Part shown: positions 38,351 to 48,313 of the stretch, in pieces
Position numbering within the stretch: the stretch's first letter is position 1
Layout of the letters: the number at the start of each line of letters is the position of its first letter
Assembly: GCA_963735035.1 (NCBI GenBank)
Contig: CAVTJJ010000004.1
Coordinates: forward strand, 1,280,001-1,344,000
Reading direction: 5' to 3'
Length of the DNA: 64,000 nucleotides
DNA from: an uncultured candidate division Zixibacteria bacterium
Lineage (GTDB): Bacteria; Zixibacteria; MSB-5A5; GN15; FEB-12
Made by a program: the position numbers and the translations under genes
Notes under the pieces: model-generated
The model's database searches: none
Told to the model about the DNA's origin: nothing
Seen by the model: only the letters and a program-made list of their open reading frames with translations

Positions 38351-39446
38351 ATGGTTTCGTTGCGCGAGCTTGCTGGATCAAATGGTTACGTATGGGGGCA
38401 TCCGACTTGCACTTGACCGTCGGGTCGCCGCCGGTCGTGCGTGTCGATGGCAAGCTTCAGAGAATGACCAGTACGACGTGCTCACCGGTGAAGAAACCAA
38501 GAAGCTCGCTTACTCCATGTTGAACGAGAAGCAGAAGCTCAAATTCGAACAGAATTGGGAACTGGATTTCTCGTTCGGTATCGAACAGTATGAGCCGTTT
38601 TCGCTGCAACATCTTCATGCAGCGCGGTAACGTGGCGGTCGTGCTGCGGCAGATTCCGTATAAGATGCAAGACCTTCGATCGAACTCGGCCTGCCCAAAG
38701 TGATCGCCGAATTCTCCAAGCTGCCGCGCGGTCTGGTGCTGGTAACCGGTCCGACCGGCTCGGGCAAGTCCACCACCCTGGCGGCGATTATCGACAAGAT
38801 CAACAAAGAGCGCCCGGTTCATATCATTACGGTGGAAGACCCGATTGAGTATTTGCACCGCCATCAGTTGGCGTTGATCAATCAGCGTGAAGTGTACTCC
38901 GACACCCCGTCGTTTGCGTCGGCGCTGAAGTACGCTCTCCGCGAGGATCCGGACGTAGTGCTGGTCGGTGAAATGCGCGATCTGGAAACGATCGAAGCGG
39001 CCCTTTCGATTTCGGAGACGGGTCACCTGGCGTTCGCCACGCTGCATACCAACTCCTGCGCCGAGACGATCAACCGTATCGTCGACGTATTCCCGACCAA
39101 CCAGCAGGAGCAGATTCGGGTGACGCTGTCGTTCACGCTACAGGCGGTGGTCTCACAGGTGTTGATCCCCAAGATCGGGGGCGGGCGAGTTCTGGCCATG
39201 GAGATCATGGTCGCCACGCCGGCGATGCGGGCGATCATTCGCGACGACAAGATCCACCAGTTGTACTCGATGATTCAGTCCGGACAGAAATACGGCATGA
39301 AGACGATGAACCAGTCGTTGTCGGAACTATACCAGGGTGGCAAGATTTCGCTGAACGATGCCATGGGCACAGTCACAACCCGCAGGAACTGGGCGAGATG
39401 CTTTCGCGTCAGAAAGCGCCGGCCTACACTTGATGCGGCGACGTGA
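38351..39446 (+). CDS. pilT: Type IV pilus retraction ATPase PilT (read across several indels; exact stop uncertain)
   Basis: Corrected N-terminus MVSLRELLDQMVTYGASDLHLTVGSPP..RVDG; GPTGSGKSTT, EDPIE, ALREDPD, GEMRD, TGHL..TLHT, AMRAIIRD (AIRNLIRE-like); AGGAG RBS. Confidence 0.92.
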
Positions 39447-39472
39447 GATAGGAACGAGAAAGGAATAGAGAT

Positions 39473-40672
39473 ATGCCAGTTTTCGAGTACAAAGGCAAGA
39501 CGCTGGCCGGGGCGGCCGTCCAGGGGATGATGAAAGCGAATACCCGCGCCGACCTTGAGCGGGTCCTCCGTCAGAACCGCGTCCTCGTATCTTCGATCAG
39601 CAAGCAGGCTCCCGAGATCAACATCAAGTTCGGCACCGGTATCAAGCGGGTCGAAATCTCCCGGTTTACGCGTCAGTTCGCGACCATGATCGGCGCCGGG
39701 TTGCCGATGGTGCAGTGTCTGGAGATTCTCGGGTCCCAGACCGAGAACAAGGAATTGTCCAAGATCGTAAACCAGGTTCGCGACGGCGTCCAGGGCGGTG
39801 CCACGCTTTCCGACGCCATGAAACGTCACCCCAAAATTTTCGATGAGTTGTACACGAACATGGTCGAAGCGGGTGAAGTCGGCGGTGCCCTCGATTCGAT
39901 TCTGGTCCGACTGGCCGTCTATCGCGAGAAATCGGATCAGCTCATCCGCAAAGTAAAAGGCGCTATGGTTTATCCGACCGTGGTTATGGCCGTCGCCGGA
40001 CTGGTGACCTTCGCCATGCTCACGTTTGTCGTGCCTACATTCGCCAAGATGTTCTCCGGCCTCGGCGCCGACCTTCCGGAACCGACCAAGATAGTGCTGG
40101 GGATATCGAATTTCCTGAAGGCCAATATTCTGTACATCTTTCTCGGTGTCGCCGGATTGTTCGTGGCCTTCATCTACTGGAAGAAAACGCCCACGGGCGG
40201 TATGGCCGTCGACAAGGGTATGTTGAAAGTCCCGGTTCTCGGCAACCTGATTCGCAAGTCGGCCGTCGCCCGCTTCACCCGTACGCTGGCGACCCTGCTG
40301 GCTTCAGGTGTCTCGATTCTGGAAGCGCTCGATATCACCGCCAAGACGGCCGGTAACCGGGTCGTGGCGAGAGCTATCAATCGCTCGGTGCTGGCCATTG
40401 CCGAAGGCGATACCATCACCGGTCCGTTGAAGGCGTCCGGCGTGTTCCCTCCGATGGTGACTCAGATGATCGGCGTTGGTGAAAAGACCGGCGGATTGGA
40501 CGACATGCTGAACAAGATCGCCGATTTCTACGACGAAGAAGTGGACGAGGCTGTCAGCGCTCTGACGTCGGTTATTGAGCCGATTATTATCTGTTTCCTG
40601 GGTGTAGTGATCGGTGGCATCATGATTGCCATGTATCTGCCGATGTTCGACATCATCGGGAAATTCAATTGA
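39473..40672 (+). CDS. pilC: Type IV pilus platform protein PilC (GspF family)
   Basis: FTRQFATMIGAGLP, AGEVGGAL, AMVYP, GEKTGGLDDML, AMYLPMF. Confidence 0.96.
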   Translation: MPVFEYKGKTLAGAAVQGMMKANTRADLERVLRQNRVLVSSISKQAPEINIKFGTGIKRVEISRFTRQFATMIGAGLPMVQCLEILGSQTENKELSKIVNQVRDGVQGGATLSDAMKRHPKIFDELYTNMVEAGEVGGALDSILVRLAVYREKSDQLIRKVKGAMVYPTVVMAVAGLVTFAMLTFVVPTFAKMFSGLGADLPEPTKIVLGISNFLKANILYIFLGVAGLFVAFIYWKKTPTGGMAVDKGMLKVPVLGNLIRKSAVARFTRTLATLLASGVSILEALDITAKTAGNRVVARAINRSVLAIAEGDTITGPLKASGVFPPMVTQMIGVGEKTGGLDDMLNKIADFYDEEVDEAVSALTSVIEPIIICFLGVVIGGIMIAMYLPMFDIIGKFN

Positions 40673-40711
40673 CCGCCGGAAGACCGCTGCGATCTTAAGA
40701 GATAAAGGAAG

Positions 40712-40738
40712 AGCGGCCCGCCGGTGCGGGCCGCTTTG
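40712..40738 (+). terminator. Hairpin, possible terminator between pilC and pilS
   Basis: AGCGGCCCGC-CGGT-GCGGGCCGCT followed by a short T run. Confidence 0.5.
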
Positions 40739-40743
40739 CTTAA

Positions 40744-42456
40744 ATGGACAAAACGCGCGTCCCGAACCAGCTCGGACTTTTTCTCCCGCTCCGATTGGCG
40801 ACGTACATGGTGCTTATTGCCATTGCGGTCGCCTGGATGCACGATCCGAAATATCTGCATTTTCCGGTTATCATCTATTCGCTCGTGACCCTGGCCTTTG
40901 CGGTCGGACTTGCCCTGGAACGGAAACTAGGCCTGAAGGGTGTTACGCGAGTCTTGACCGCCTTACAGTTCCTGATCGAAATCACGTTGGAATCCGGCAT
41001 CATCTACGTTACCGGCAACATCCACTCGCCATTTTCGGCGCTCTTCGTACTGACAATTGTTTCGGCAGCTCTGGTGTATCGGCTGGTGGGAACATTGGTG
41101 GTGGCGTCGATTGTCTCAGTCGCCTATGCTTTTGTCATCTGGCTCGGTCTTACCCAGGGCGCGGGTGACCTGAGCGTCCAGGCACTGAAGACGATATTCT
41201 CTTCGAATGACCTGGCCTTCTACGGCATACTGCTGCACATCCTGATATTCTATCTGACCGCCTTCGTCTCTGGATACCTGGCCGAACGACTGAGCAGCAA
41301 CGTGCGACAACTGCAGGACGCGTCCAGCGCTTTGAAACGAGCTCAGTTGGAGACGGACGACATCCTTCGCCATCTGAATTCAGGTCTGCTTACGGTGGAT
41401 GCTTCAGGTCATGTCATCTACTTCAACCGGGCTGCGGAAAAGATCCTCGGTTATCACGAAGAAAATGTGAGAGGAATGCCCTGTGTCGACGTCTTCTCCG
41501 AGCGAATGCCTGAATTGGCGGCCTGCCTGATGGACGGTGTCAGGTCACGCATGGGGTATCCTCGTCGTGAGCTAGAGATTAGGAATCAGGCCGCGAAGCA
41601 GGTGCCGCTGGGGTTGTCCACTTCGATTCTGACCGAGGACTCAGGCGAACTTCGGGGCGTCATAGCCATATTTTCGGATCTGACCGAAGCAAAGGAACTG
41701 GAAGCCAAGGTTCGCAAGAGCGACCGTCTGGCGGCGGTAGGCGAGCTGTCGGCATCGATTGCGCATGAAATCCGCAATCCGTTGGCCGCGATCTCGGGAT
41801 CGGTCGAGTTGCTCTCGCGCGAACTGGCCCTGGACGGGGAGAACCAGCGGTTGATGGCTCTCATTATGAAAGAATCCCAGCGTCTCAATCGCATTCTGAC
41901 CGATTTCCTGACCTACGCACGAATGGAGCGTCCAGCCTACAACAAGGTTGAGTTGTGTCATATCGTCGCCGATATCCGCGAGCTTCTCAAACGCCACGAA
42001 GCGGTGCCGGACAATGTGACCCTGCGCTTTGACACCGACGAGTCGTTTGCGTATGTGGTTGGGGACGAAGGGCTCGTGCGACAATTGGTTATGAATCTCG
42101 CCCTCAATGCCTGCGAGTCGTTCGACGGAAAATCCGGGGAAGTGGTCTTCCGTTTGGGGAGGATGGCCGGTAGCGGGACGGTCTGGCTGAGCGTCCGTGA
42201 CAACGGCCCCGGGATTGATCCGAAAATAGTCGATAAGATCTTCCAACCCTTCTTTTCCACCAAGAAAACCGGCACTGGTCTGGGGCTGGCGATTGTCCAT
42301 CGCATCTGCAACGCCCTGGGATTGAGGCTTCATCTCCACACCCGGCCCGGCCAGGGGACGACTTTCACGGTCGCTTTCACCAGCTACGCTCCTGGGAGCC
42401 CTGTCGCCGAAGGTCAGGTTCCTGATCCAGACTTCACCGAAATCGGGGTCCACTAG
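40744..42456 (+). CDS. pilS: PilS-like membrane sensor histidine kinase with PAS domain
   Basis: About 6 TM including TG..HSPFS, PAS, H box AHEIRNPL, N box NLALNA, DNGPG, FQPFFSTK, GTGLGL; located after pilC. Confidence 0.85.
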   Translation: MDKTRVPNQLGLFLPLRLATYMVLIAIAVAWMHDPKYLHFPVIIYSLVTLAFAVGLALERKLGLKGVTRVLTALQFLIEITLESGIIYVTGNIHSPFSALFVLTIVSAALVYRLVGTLVVASIVSVAYAFVIWLGLTQGAGDLSVQALKTIFSSNDLAFYGILLHILIFYLTAFVSGYLAERLSSNVRQLQDASSALKRAQLETDDILRHLNSGLLTVDASGHVIYFNRAAEKILGYHEENVRGMPCVDVFSERMPELAACLMDGVRSRMGYPRRELEIRNQAAKQVPLGLSTSILTEDSGELRGVIAIFSDLTEAKELEAKVRKSDRLAAVGELSASIAHEIRNPLAAISGSVELLSRELALDGENQRLMALIMKESQRLNRILTDFLTYARMERPAYNKVELCHIVADIRELLKRHEAVPDNVTLRFDTDESFAYVVGDEGLVRQLVMNLALNACESFDGKSGEVVFRLGRMAGSGTVWLSVRDNGPGIDPKIVDKIFQPFFSTKKTGTGLGLAIVHRICNALGLRLHLHTRPGQGTTFTVAFTSYAPGSPVAEGQVPDPDFTEIGVH

Positions 42457-42529
42457 TCTCGTTTGGCCTTGATTTTGTCTCCAGGTTGTATAAGTTGCGT
42501 GTTCGTTCTCGTTTTGGATGGAGTAAAGA

Positions 42530-44329
42530 ATGCGCATTTCGAATCGATTAGTCTTCTGCTTCCTGGCCTGTGCTGTGATCTTGGTAACCTGTGGGGGGCC
42601 GCCCAAAGTACAATGGGAGACCCTCGACCGCTACAATTTCGACGTGGCAGAGGCTTCGCCCAATTTTCGTATGCCGGCCAAGCATCTGTATGAGTTGATG
42701 TATTTCTCCAGAGTTGCGGCGGCCGGAGGACCGGTGACTGATTCGATGATCCGTGCTTTCCGCGACAGTGTGCTCGTCGATTCCTTCATGGTGATGTCGG
42801 TCGATAAGTACGATTTGCACTCCAACTGGTACCAGTACCGCGACTACCGAGATCGATCCAACGCCACCTTGAGACAGGCCTTTTGGGATGACAGGGTCGG
42901 CTCCAAGATTGTTGTCGATACCCAGGAAGTAATCAAATATTACAAAGACCATCCCGATGAGTTTTCGTATCCAGAGCAGGCTGACATTTATCACATACTA
43001 AGCAGTCCGCTGGGATTCCGTCAGGGGCCCGATTCGGTCCTGGTTGACCGTTGGACCCGTGAGGACCTGTCCCGATTCTCGGAAGTTTACGCCTGGCGTC
43101 TGTACCAGCTTCTGCTGTACGGCGAGGCTTTTGAAAACGTCGCCCATAATTACTCTCATGACCTTCAGTCGCGTGATCGAGGCGGTCATCTCGGCTGGGT
43201 GAAGCGGGGAGTCTACGTCGACCCCTTCGATTCTATCGCTTTTTCATTGAAAGACGGTGATTTCTCCAAGCCTTACAAGGACGATGACGGCTGGCACATA
43301 ATCCTTCGTGCTCGCTATAATCCCGCCGGCCCGCTTCCTTTGGATACTCCTTCGGTCTACGTGAAGGCCCGCAACGCCGTCTTCAGCGTCAAAGGAACGG
43401 CTATGGCCGCTCAAATAATGGACAGTCTACACAAGGCCGCAACTGTCACGATCAATCCAATTGTTCTGACCGATACTGTCATCTACCTGATCGATGACTC
43501 GGTGTGGGCAGCCGTGATCAACGGTACCGATACGATAGATGCCCTTCGACTGAAAGGTTTCGAAGAGGATTATCGGCGCAGCTACGGGGTCGGCAACACG
43601 CCTCCGGATATTCGCCGGCTGATGGTACTTCACGCCACCGGCCCGGTTCTGGTAGAAGAAGCGGCGCGTCGTCTGGGATTGGACACGTTGCCCGCGCAGG
43701 TCGAAGCTGATCGTCAGGTGTGGAAAGAAACAGTCAAAGCGCTCATGGTCGCCAATCTATATACCAATGACAAGTGGGCCCCGACCGACTCCGCCATCGA
43801 GCAGTATTATCAGGACCATTTCGACGAATACAACCCGGACCCTCATTTCAAGGCCGAGCAACTGGTAGTACAGGACCGCGAATTGGCCGAGTTCCTCCGG
43901 GAGCAGGTCAATTCGGGATTCACACTGAAGTACTTATATGACTACTACGCTAAGGGCGAAGGGTACGACATCAAGTACGAGGAACTAGGCACCGTCAATA
44001 AGGGTACCGTGGATTCGGCTCTTTACGAGGCCATGCGGCGTACCCACGAGTATCGTTTCACCAAGGTAGTCAAGACGCCCCGCGGATATCATATTGCCCG
44101 GATTCTGGAGCGGAATTACGCCCAGCCGTTGGAAGTCGTTCGGGCGAATATCCGAACCATATTGGTCGACGTACACCGCCACCAATACTGGAACGAATAC
44201 AGGGATAGTATCTTCCAGGCCTGGGATGTCAAATTCCCCGGTACTTTGCCGCCTTTTGAATTGCCCAGGCTTTCTCTGAGGAACCATAAACGGACGTTGC
44301 CCAGATTACCCGTTGCTGACTTCGAGTGA
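42530..44329 (+). CDS. PpiC/parvulin-type peptidyl-prolyl isomerase lipoprotein (SurA/PrsA-like)
   Basis: Lipobox ILVT-C; HIL...FENVAHNYSHD..SRDRGGHLGW...F...AFSL...GWHII; second degenerate parvulin domain. Confidence 0.85.
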   Translation: MRISNRLVFCFLACAVILVTCGGPPKVQWETLDRYNFDVAEASPNFRMPAKHLYELMYFSRVAAAGGPVTDSMIRAFRDSVLVDSFMVMSVDKYDLHSNWYQYRDYRDRSNATLRQAFWDDRVGSKIVVDTQEVIKYYKDHPDEFSYPEQADIYHILSSPLGFRQGPDSVLVDRWTREDLSRFSEVYAWRLYQLLLYGEAFENVAHNYSHDLQSRDRGGHLGWVKRGVYVDPFDSIAFSLKDGDFSKPYKDDDGWHIILRARYNPAGPLPLDTPSVYVKARNAVFSVKGTAMAAQIMDSLHKAATVTINPIVLTDTVIYLIDDSVWAAVINGTDTIDALRLKGFEEDYRRSYGVGNTPPDIRRLMVLHATGPVLVEEAARRLGLDTLPAQVEADRQVWKETVKALMVANLYTNDKWAPTDSAIEQYYQDHFDEYNPDPHFKAEQLVVQDRELAEFLREQVNSGFTLKYLYDYYAKGEGYDIKYEELGTVNKGTVDSALYEAMRRTHEYRFTKVVKTPRGYHIARILERNYAQPLEVVRANIRTILVDVHRHQYWNEYRDSIFQAWDVKFPGTLPPFELPRLSLRNHKRTLPRLPVADFE

Positions 44330-44966
44330 AATAAAGCCCGCCGAGCAGATCCCGTTTTCGCAGGAGCTGTGGCGCAAAGCTACTCACATGGGCGCCCTCG
44401 TAATTCCGGGCGGCTATTACGTGCTGGGCCTGTCACGCCCTGAAATGATAGCGATCATGGCGCCAATCGCGCTAGCGATGTTCATGATCGATGTTTCCCG
44501 ACTCCGTCAGTGGGCTTTCTGGTGTAACTTCGCCGAGCGTATCGGCGGCAAAATGGTTCGGGACCACGAGAAATCAGGCGATTTTACCGGTGCTACTTAT
44601 ATCTTGATCTCGGTCTGTCTGACCGTCGCCCTCTACTCCAAACCGATCGCGATTGCCGCTCTGGCGTTTATTATTGTCGGCGACACGTTTGCGGCCCTGA
44701 TCGGACGCAAGTTCGGCCGTCATCGGTTCGGCCGCAAATCGGTAGAAGGCTCGCTGGCTTGTCTTGTGGGTACCGGGATCGTGGCTTTTCTAGCTCCTGA
44801 CCTGACCATACCTGTGGCCCTGACCGGGGCGGTGGTTGCAACCTTCACCGAGGCGGTTTCCTTGACCATCGACGACAACATCACCGTGCCCCTGATGTCA
44901 GGCTTGATAATGACCCTCGTTCAGCGGGTTCTAGAAGTGAGTCAAGGCACAGCTTCGCTCGTTTAA
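44313..44966 (+). CDS. CTP-dependent polyprenol/diacylglycerol kinase (SEC59/DGK1/VTE5 family)
   Basis: RKATH, GDTFAALIGRKFG, KSVEGS, DDN motifs; multiple TM helices. Confidence 0.88.
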   Translation: MLTSSEIKPAEQIPFSQELWRKATHMGALVIPGGYYVLGLSRPEMIAIMAPIALAMFMIDVSRLRQWAFWCNFAERIGGKMVRDHEKSGDFTGATYILISVCLTVALYSKPIAIAALAFIIVGDTFAALIGRKFGRHRFGRKSVEGSLACLVGTGIVAFLAPDLTIPVALTGAVVATFTEAVSLTIDDNITVPLMSGLIMTLVQRVLEVSQGTASLV

Positions 44967-45083
44967 TCACTTGTCCTGCAATAAATTGCAATCAAATCGC
45001 TGGCCGGAGGGAAAAGATTTCTGGGGTTGGGGCCGGGTGGTCGTTTCTGAAACAAATTGGAGCGGGACATATCAATTAATTTG

Positions 45084-45112
45084 TTGGCTCAAATGCTGCC
45101 AGTTGGTATAAT
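45084..45112 (+). promoter_or_regulatory. sigma70 promoter of the cold-shock gene
   Basis: TTGGCT-N17-TATAAT with TG extended -10. Confidence 0.65.
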
Positions 45113-45170
45113 AATCATGGAGCAAGAAGCTCAGTCGAGAAACCTCACGCACGGTACAGGAGGTGTACTT

Positions 45171-45377
45171 GTGTCTAAGGGTCAAGTGAAGTATTTCAAC
45201 GAACACAAGGGTTGGGGATTGATCGCTGATCGGGATTTAGATCGGGACATCTATGTCCATCACAGCGCCATCAAGATGGATGGCTACAAGACTTTAAGAG
45301 AGGGACAATTGGTGTCATTCGAGATCGCCCATACGGAGCTTGGGCCGCAGGCATGTAATGTGACACCGCAGGCCTGA
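45171..45377 (+). CDS. Cold-shock domain protein
   Basis: GQVKYFNEHKGWGLI (RNP1), DIYVHHSAI (RNP2), GYKTLREGQ; GTG start after AGGAGGT. Confidence 0.93.
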   Translation: MSKGQVKYFNEHKGWGLIADRDLDRDIYVHHSAIKMDGYKTLREGQLVSFEIAHTELGPQACNVTPQA

Positions 45378-45397
45378 TCAGCCTTTACAATTCCGCG

Positions 45398-45437
45398 AAG
45401 CCTCCCGGGCAGTGTGCCCCGGGAGGCTTTGTATTTT
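45398..45437 (+). terminator. Intrinsic terminator
   Basis: AAGCCTCCCGGG...CCCGGGAGGCTT followed by TGTATTTT. Confidence 0.8.
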
Positions 45438-45509
45438 GTGTCCGCCTGCTCCCTAAAGTCAGATCATTAGCGCTTAACAAGTGCATTCGCACGCCTTATA
45501 TTGTCACCC

Positions 45510-46542
45510 ATGAAAAACATAGATCTACGCTCCGATACCGTCACGCGGCCGTCGGCCGCCATGCGTGATGCCATCGCCCGGGCCGAAGTAGGCGACGATG
45601 TCTTTGGTGATGATCCGACCGTCAACGAACTCGAAAAGTACGTGGCCGCGCTATTTGAGCGTGAGGCTTCGATGTTTGTACCTTCGGGGACAATGGCCAA
45701 CCAGATCTGCCTCAATGTCCAAAGCCTGCCGGGCTGGGAACTTCTCTGTGACCGCGAATGCCATGTGGTCAACTATGAGGCCGCTGCTCCAGTGCTGCAC
45801 TCGCAACTGTTGATCAATCTGGTAACGACCGAACGTGGCATGCTCACGGCTGATACGGTCCGCAAATTGATTCGCCCGAAGAACCTCCATCACCCTGAGA
45901 CCAAGATGGTGGCGCTCGAAAACACCCACAATCACCAGGGTGGGACCATTCTGCCTCAGGATGAAATCGTCAAGCTTCGCAAAGTCTGTGACGAATTCGG
46001 TCTGGTGTACCATCTCGACGGTGCGCGCATCTGGAACGTGCACGTCGCCACCGGCATGTCTCTTCCGGAATTGACCCGTCCCTTTGATTCCATTTCGTGC
46101 TGTCTCTCCAAGGGGCTGGGCGCTCCGGTCGGCTCAATGGTGGTCGGTTCGGCTGAGTTGATTCTCAAAGGCCGTCGCCGTCGCAAAATACTTGGCGGCG
46201 GTATGCGCCAGTCCGGGATTCTGGCGGCCGCCGGACTATACGCGGTGAAGAACAACATTCCTCGCCTGGCCGAGGATCATGCCAACGCCGCGTACATGGC
46301 GGCGCAGTTGAACCAACTACCGTCATTTAAGGTCGATTTGTCGCGCGTGCAGACAAACATCATTCTGGCCAACATTGTTACGGGGCAGACCGGCGAGCAG
46401 GTGCTGGCCCGTCTCAAGCAGGTCGGTGTGCTGGCCGTGCAATTCGGCCCGGCCACCCTTACGCTTTGTGACCCATCTCGACGTCTCCCGCGCCGATTGT
46501 GAAGAAGCCCTGGGACGCATAGCTGACGCGATGAAGGGATGA
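45510..46542 (+). CDS. ltaE: Low-specificity L-threonine aldolase (one-base insertion near 46458)
   Basis: DLRSDTVT, GDDVFGDDP, SGTMAN, ENTHN, HLDGARIWN, CLSKGLGAP; removing one base restores LRFVTHLDV...MKG* with an ATGA overlap onto the next gene. Confidence 0.93.
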
Positions 46543-47313
46543 AACGGAATTCGTTTACGGTACTCGGTTCCTCGTCGGGGCTGCCGCAGGCCGACCGCGC
46601 CTGTTCCGGGTACGTGCTGGAAACAGGGGAGAGTCTAAGCTTGATAGATTGCGGGGGTGGGGTGGCCTCGTCGTTTCTTCGATTCGGTTTCGATCCTATG
46701 AAGCTGGACCGGGTCTTTATTACCCACACCCATACCGATCATTGTTGCGAATTGACGCTCGTTATCCAGATGCTGCACGTGTTGAGATCGACACGCAGTC
46801 TGGAAATTTACGTACCGGACGAGTTCGTTCGGCCATTTCTGGCATACCTGAACGCCGTGTATCTCTTTCCTCAGCACATTACTCCCGACTTGCATATACA
46901 CGGATATGCCGACGGATTTCGGTATCAGGGCCCCGGCTTCGAGTTGACGGCGATAGCCAATCAGCACATGGCTAAGTCGGCTGACATTATCGAGCAGTAT
47001 GACATCCCCAATCAGATGCAATGCCACTCCTTCCGGGTTGAGACTGAGGAGACGGCGTTGCTGTACTCGGGTGATTTGGCTGATTTTCAGGAACTTGTCC
47101 CGTATTTGGACGACGTGAGCGATTGCCGTCGTCGAAGCCACTCATATAGATCTGAACCAGCTGTTCGAGCACGCTCGTACGTCGGAAGTGCGAGACTACG
47201 TTCTGACTCATCTGGGGAGCCGGGAAGAAGTAGCCGCTTTGGAGGTAAATATTAAGAGGTCGGGTAGTACGAAAATCAGGACGGCTTCAGATGGACTACG
47301 AATTCCTCTTTAG
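46539..47313 (+). CDS. RNase Z-like metallo-beta-lactamase-fold hydrolase (one-base insertion near 47118)
   Basis: LGSSSG.P...R..S, IDCGGG, THTHTDH, YSGD; corrected frame gives VVEATH...LTHL...DGLRIPL*. Confidence 0.8.
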
Positions 47314-47492
47314 CCCACAACGAGTTAGTGAGATTGGACCCTTTGTTTACCTAAGGTGTAAAAAGAGAGTTGAAAAGGATCGGTGAAGATTGTATTTGGA
47401 ACGGGACCGGGACCGAATGATATTCCCGGCCAATAAACTATGGACTGGGCTTGTCGTAGGCAGGCCGAAATGGAAACTTCAGGAGGTATTCG

Positions 47493-48015
47493 ATGAAACT
47501 TCGTTGGTCACACGTTTTGATCACGATGGCAATGGTTTTGGCCTTTACCTGCGCTTTGATGGCTCAGGAAGCTGCCAAGACTGAGGCTCCCAAGCATCAG
47601 TTCGTTGGCGAGAAGGGCTGCAAGATGTGCCACAAGAAGGACGGAATTGACAGCAGCTGGGCAGCCACCATCCACGCCACAGCCTATCGACAAATTGGCT
47701 GAAGCCGACAAGAAGAACGAGGCTCTGATTCCGTTCTACACCACCGGAACGACCGCTGAAGGCGAACTGCTCACCGGTGTACAGTGCGAAGCCTGTCACG
47801 GCGCTGGATCAGACTACAAGAAGATGACCGTGATGAAGGACAAAGCGGCCGCGATTGCTGCCGGTCTGGTGATGCCGGACGCCAAGGTTTGCGCGAAGTG
47901 CCACAATGACAAGGCCCCGGGCAAGCTCGGTGCCACGGCCAAGGACTTCGATTTCGCCAAGGCGAAAGTAGCGGGCGTGCATGCCAAGGCTATCAAGGCG
48001 ACCACGACTCCGTAG
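47493..48015 (+). CDS. Periplasmic multiheme cytochrome c (c554-like), 3 CxxCH motifs; one-base insertion near 47688
   Basis: AGGAGG RBS, signal peptide, FVG..GCKMCH, W..TIHA.AY, GVQCEACHGAGS, CAKCH. Confidence 0.88.
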
Positions 48016-48049
48016 TTGGCCGTCTGCAGACTTTGCTTTGACAGTGACT

Positions 48050-48082
48050 AAAGCGCCCCCATTTCGGGGGCGCTTTTCTTTA
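48050..48082. terminator. Intrinsic terminator (possibly bidirectional, also serving the tRNA)
   Basis: AAAGCGCCCCC-ATTTC-GGGGGCGCTTT followed by TCTTT. Confidence 0.85.
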
Positions 48083-48150
48083 TGGCCAATCGCTACCAAT
48101 GCCTGGGGACGAATCAGAATCCGGATAATTGGAAGGGGAAAAGGGTATAA

Positions 48151-48224
48151 TCGGGGTGAGAGGATTTGAACCTCCGACACCATGCTCCCAAAGCATGTGC
48201 GCTACCAGACTGCGCCACACCCCG
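48151..48224 (-). tRNA. tRNA-Pro (anticodon UGG); CCA not encoded
   Basis: Minus strand CGGGGTGTGGCGCAGTCTGGTAGCGCACATGCTTTGGGAGCATGGTGTCGGAGGTTCAAATCCTCTCACCCCGA folds as a cloverleaf; TTGACA-N18-TATCAT upstream (48265-48236). Confidence 0.97.
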
Positions 48225-48313
48225 AGTAGGCTGCCATGATACCGCTATCGACATAAGTCTGTCAAGGGACGAACATTGTTGCTTGCCAATCGGTTCCGGG
48301 CGCGTAGATTATT

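Noticed and set aside
36481..39446. pilB and pilT as true pseudogenes or programmed frameshifts
   Set aside because: The indels are numerous, lack slippery-site context, leave all motifs intact and recur in unrelated genes, which fits sequencing error
48151..48224. tRNA-Pro as the integration site of an island
   Set aside because: No duplicated tRNA 3' end and no integrase beside it
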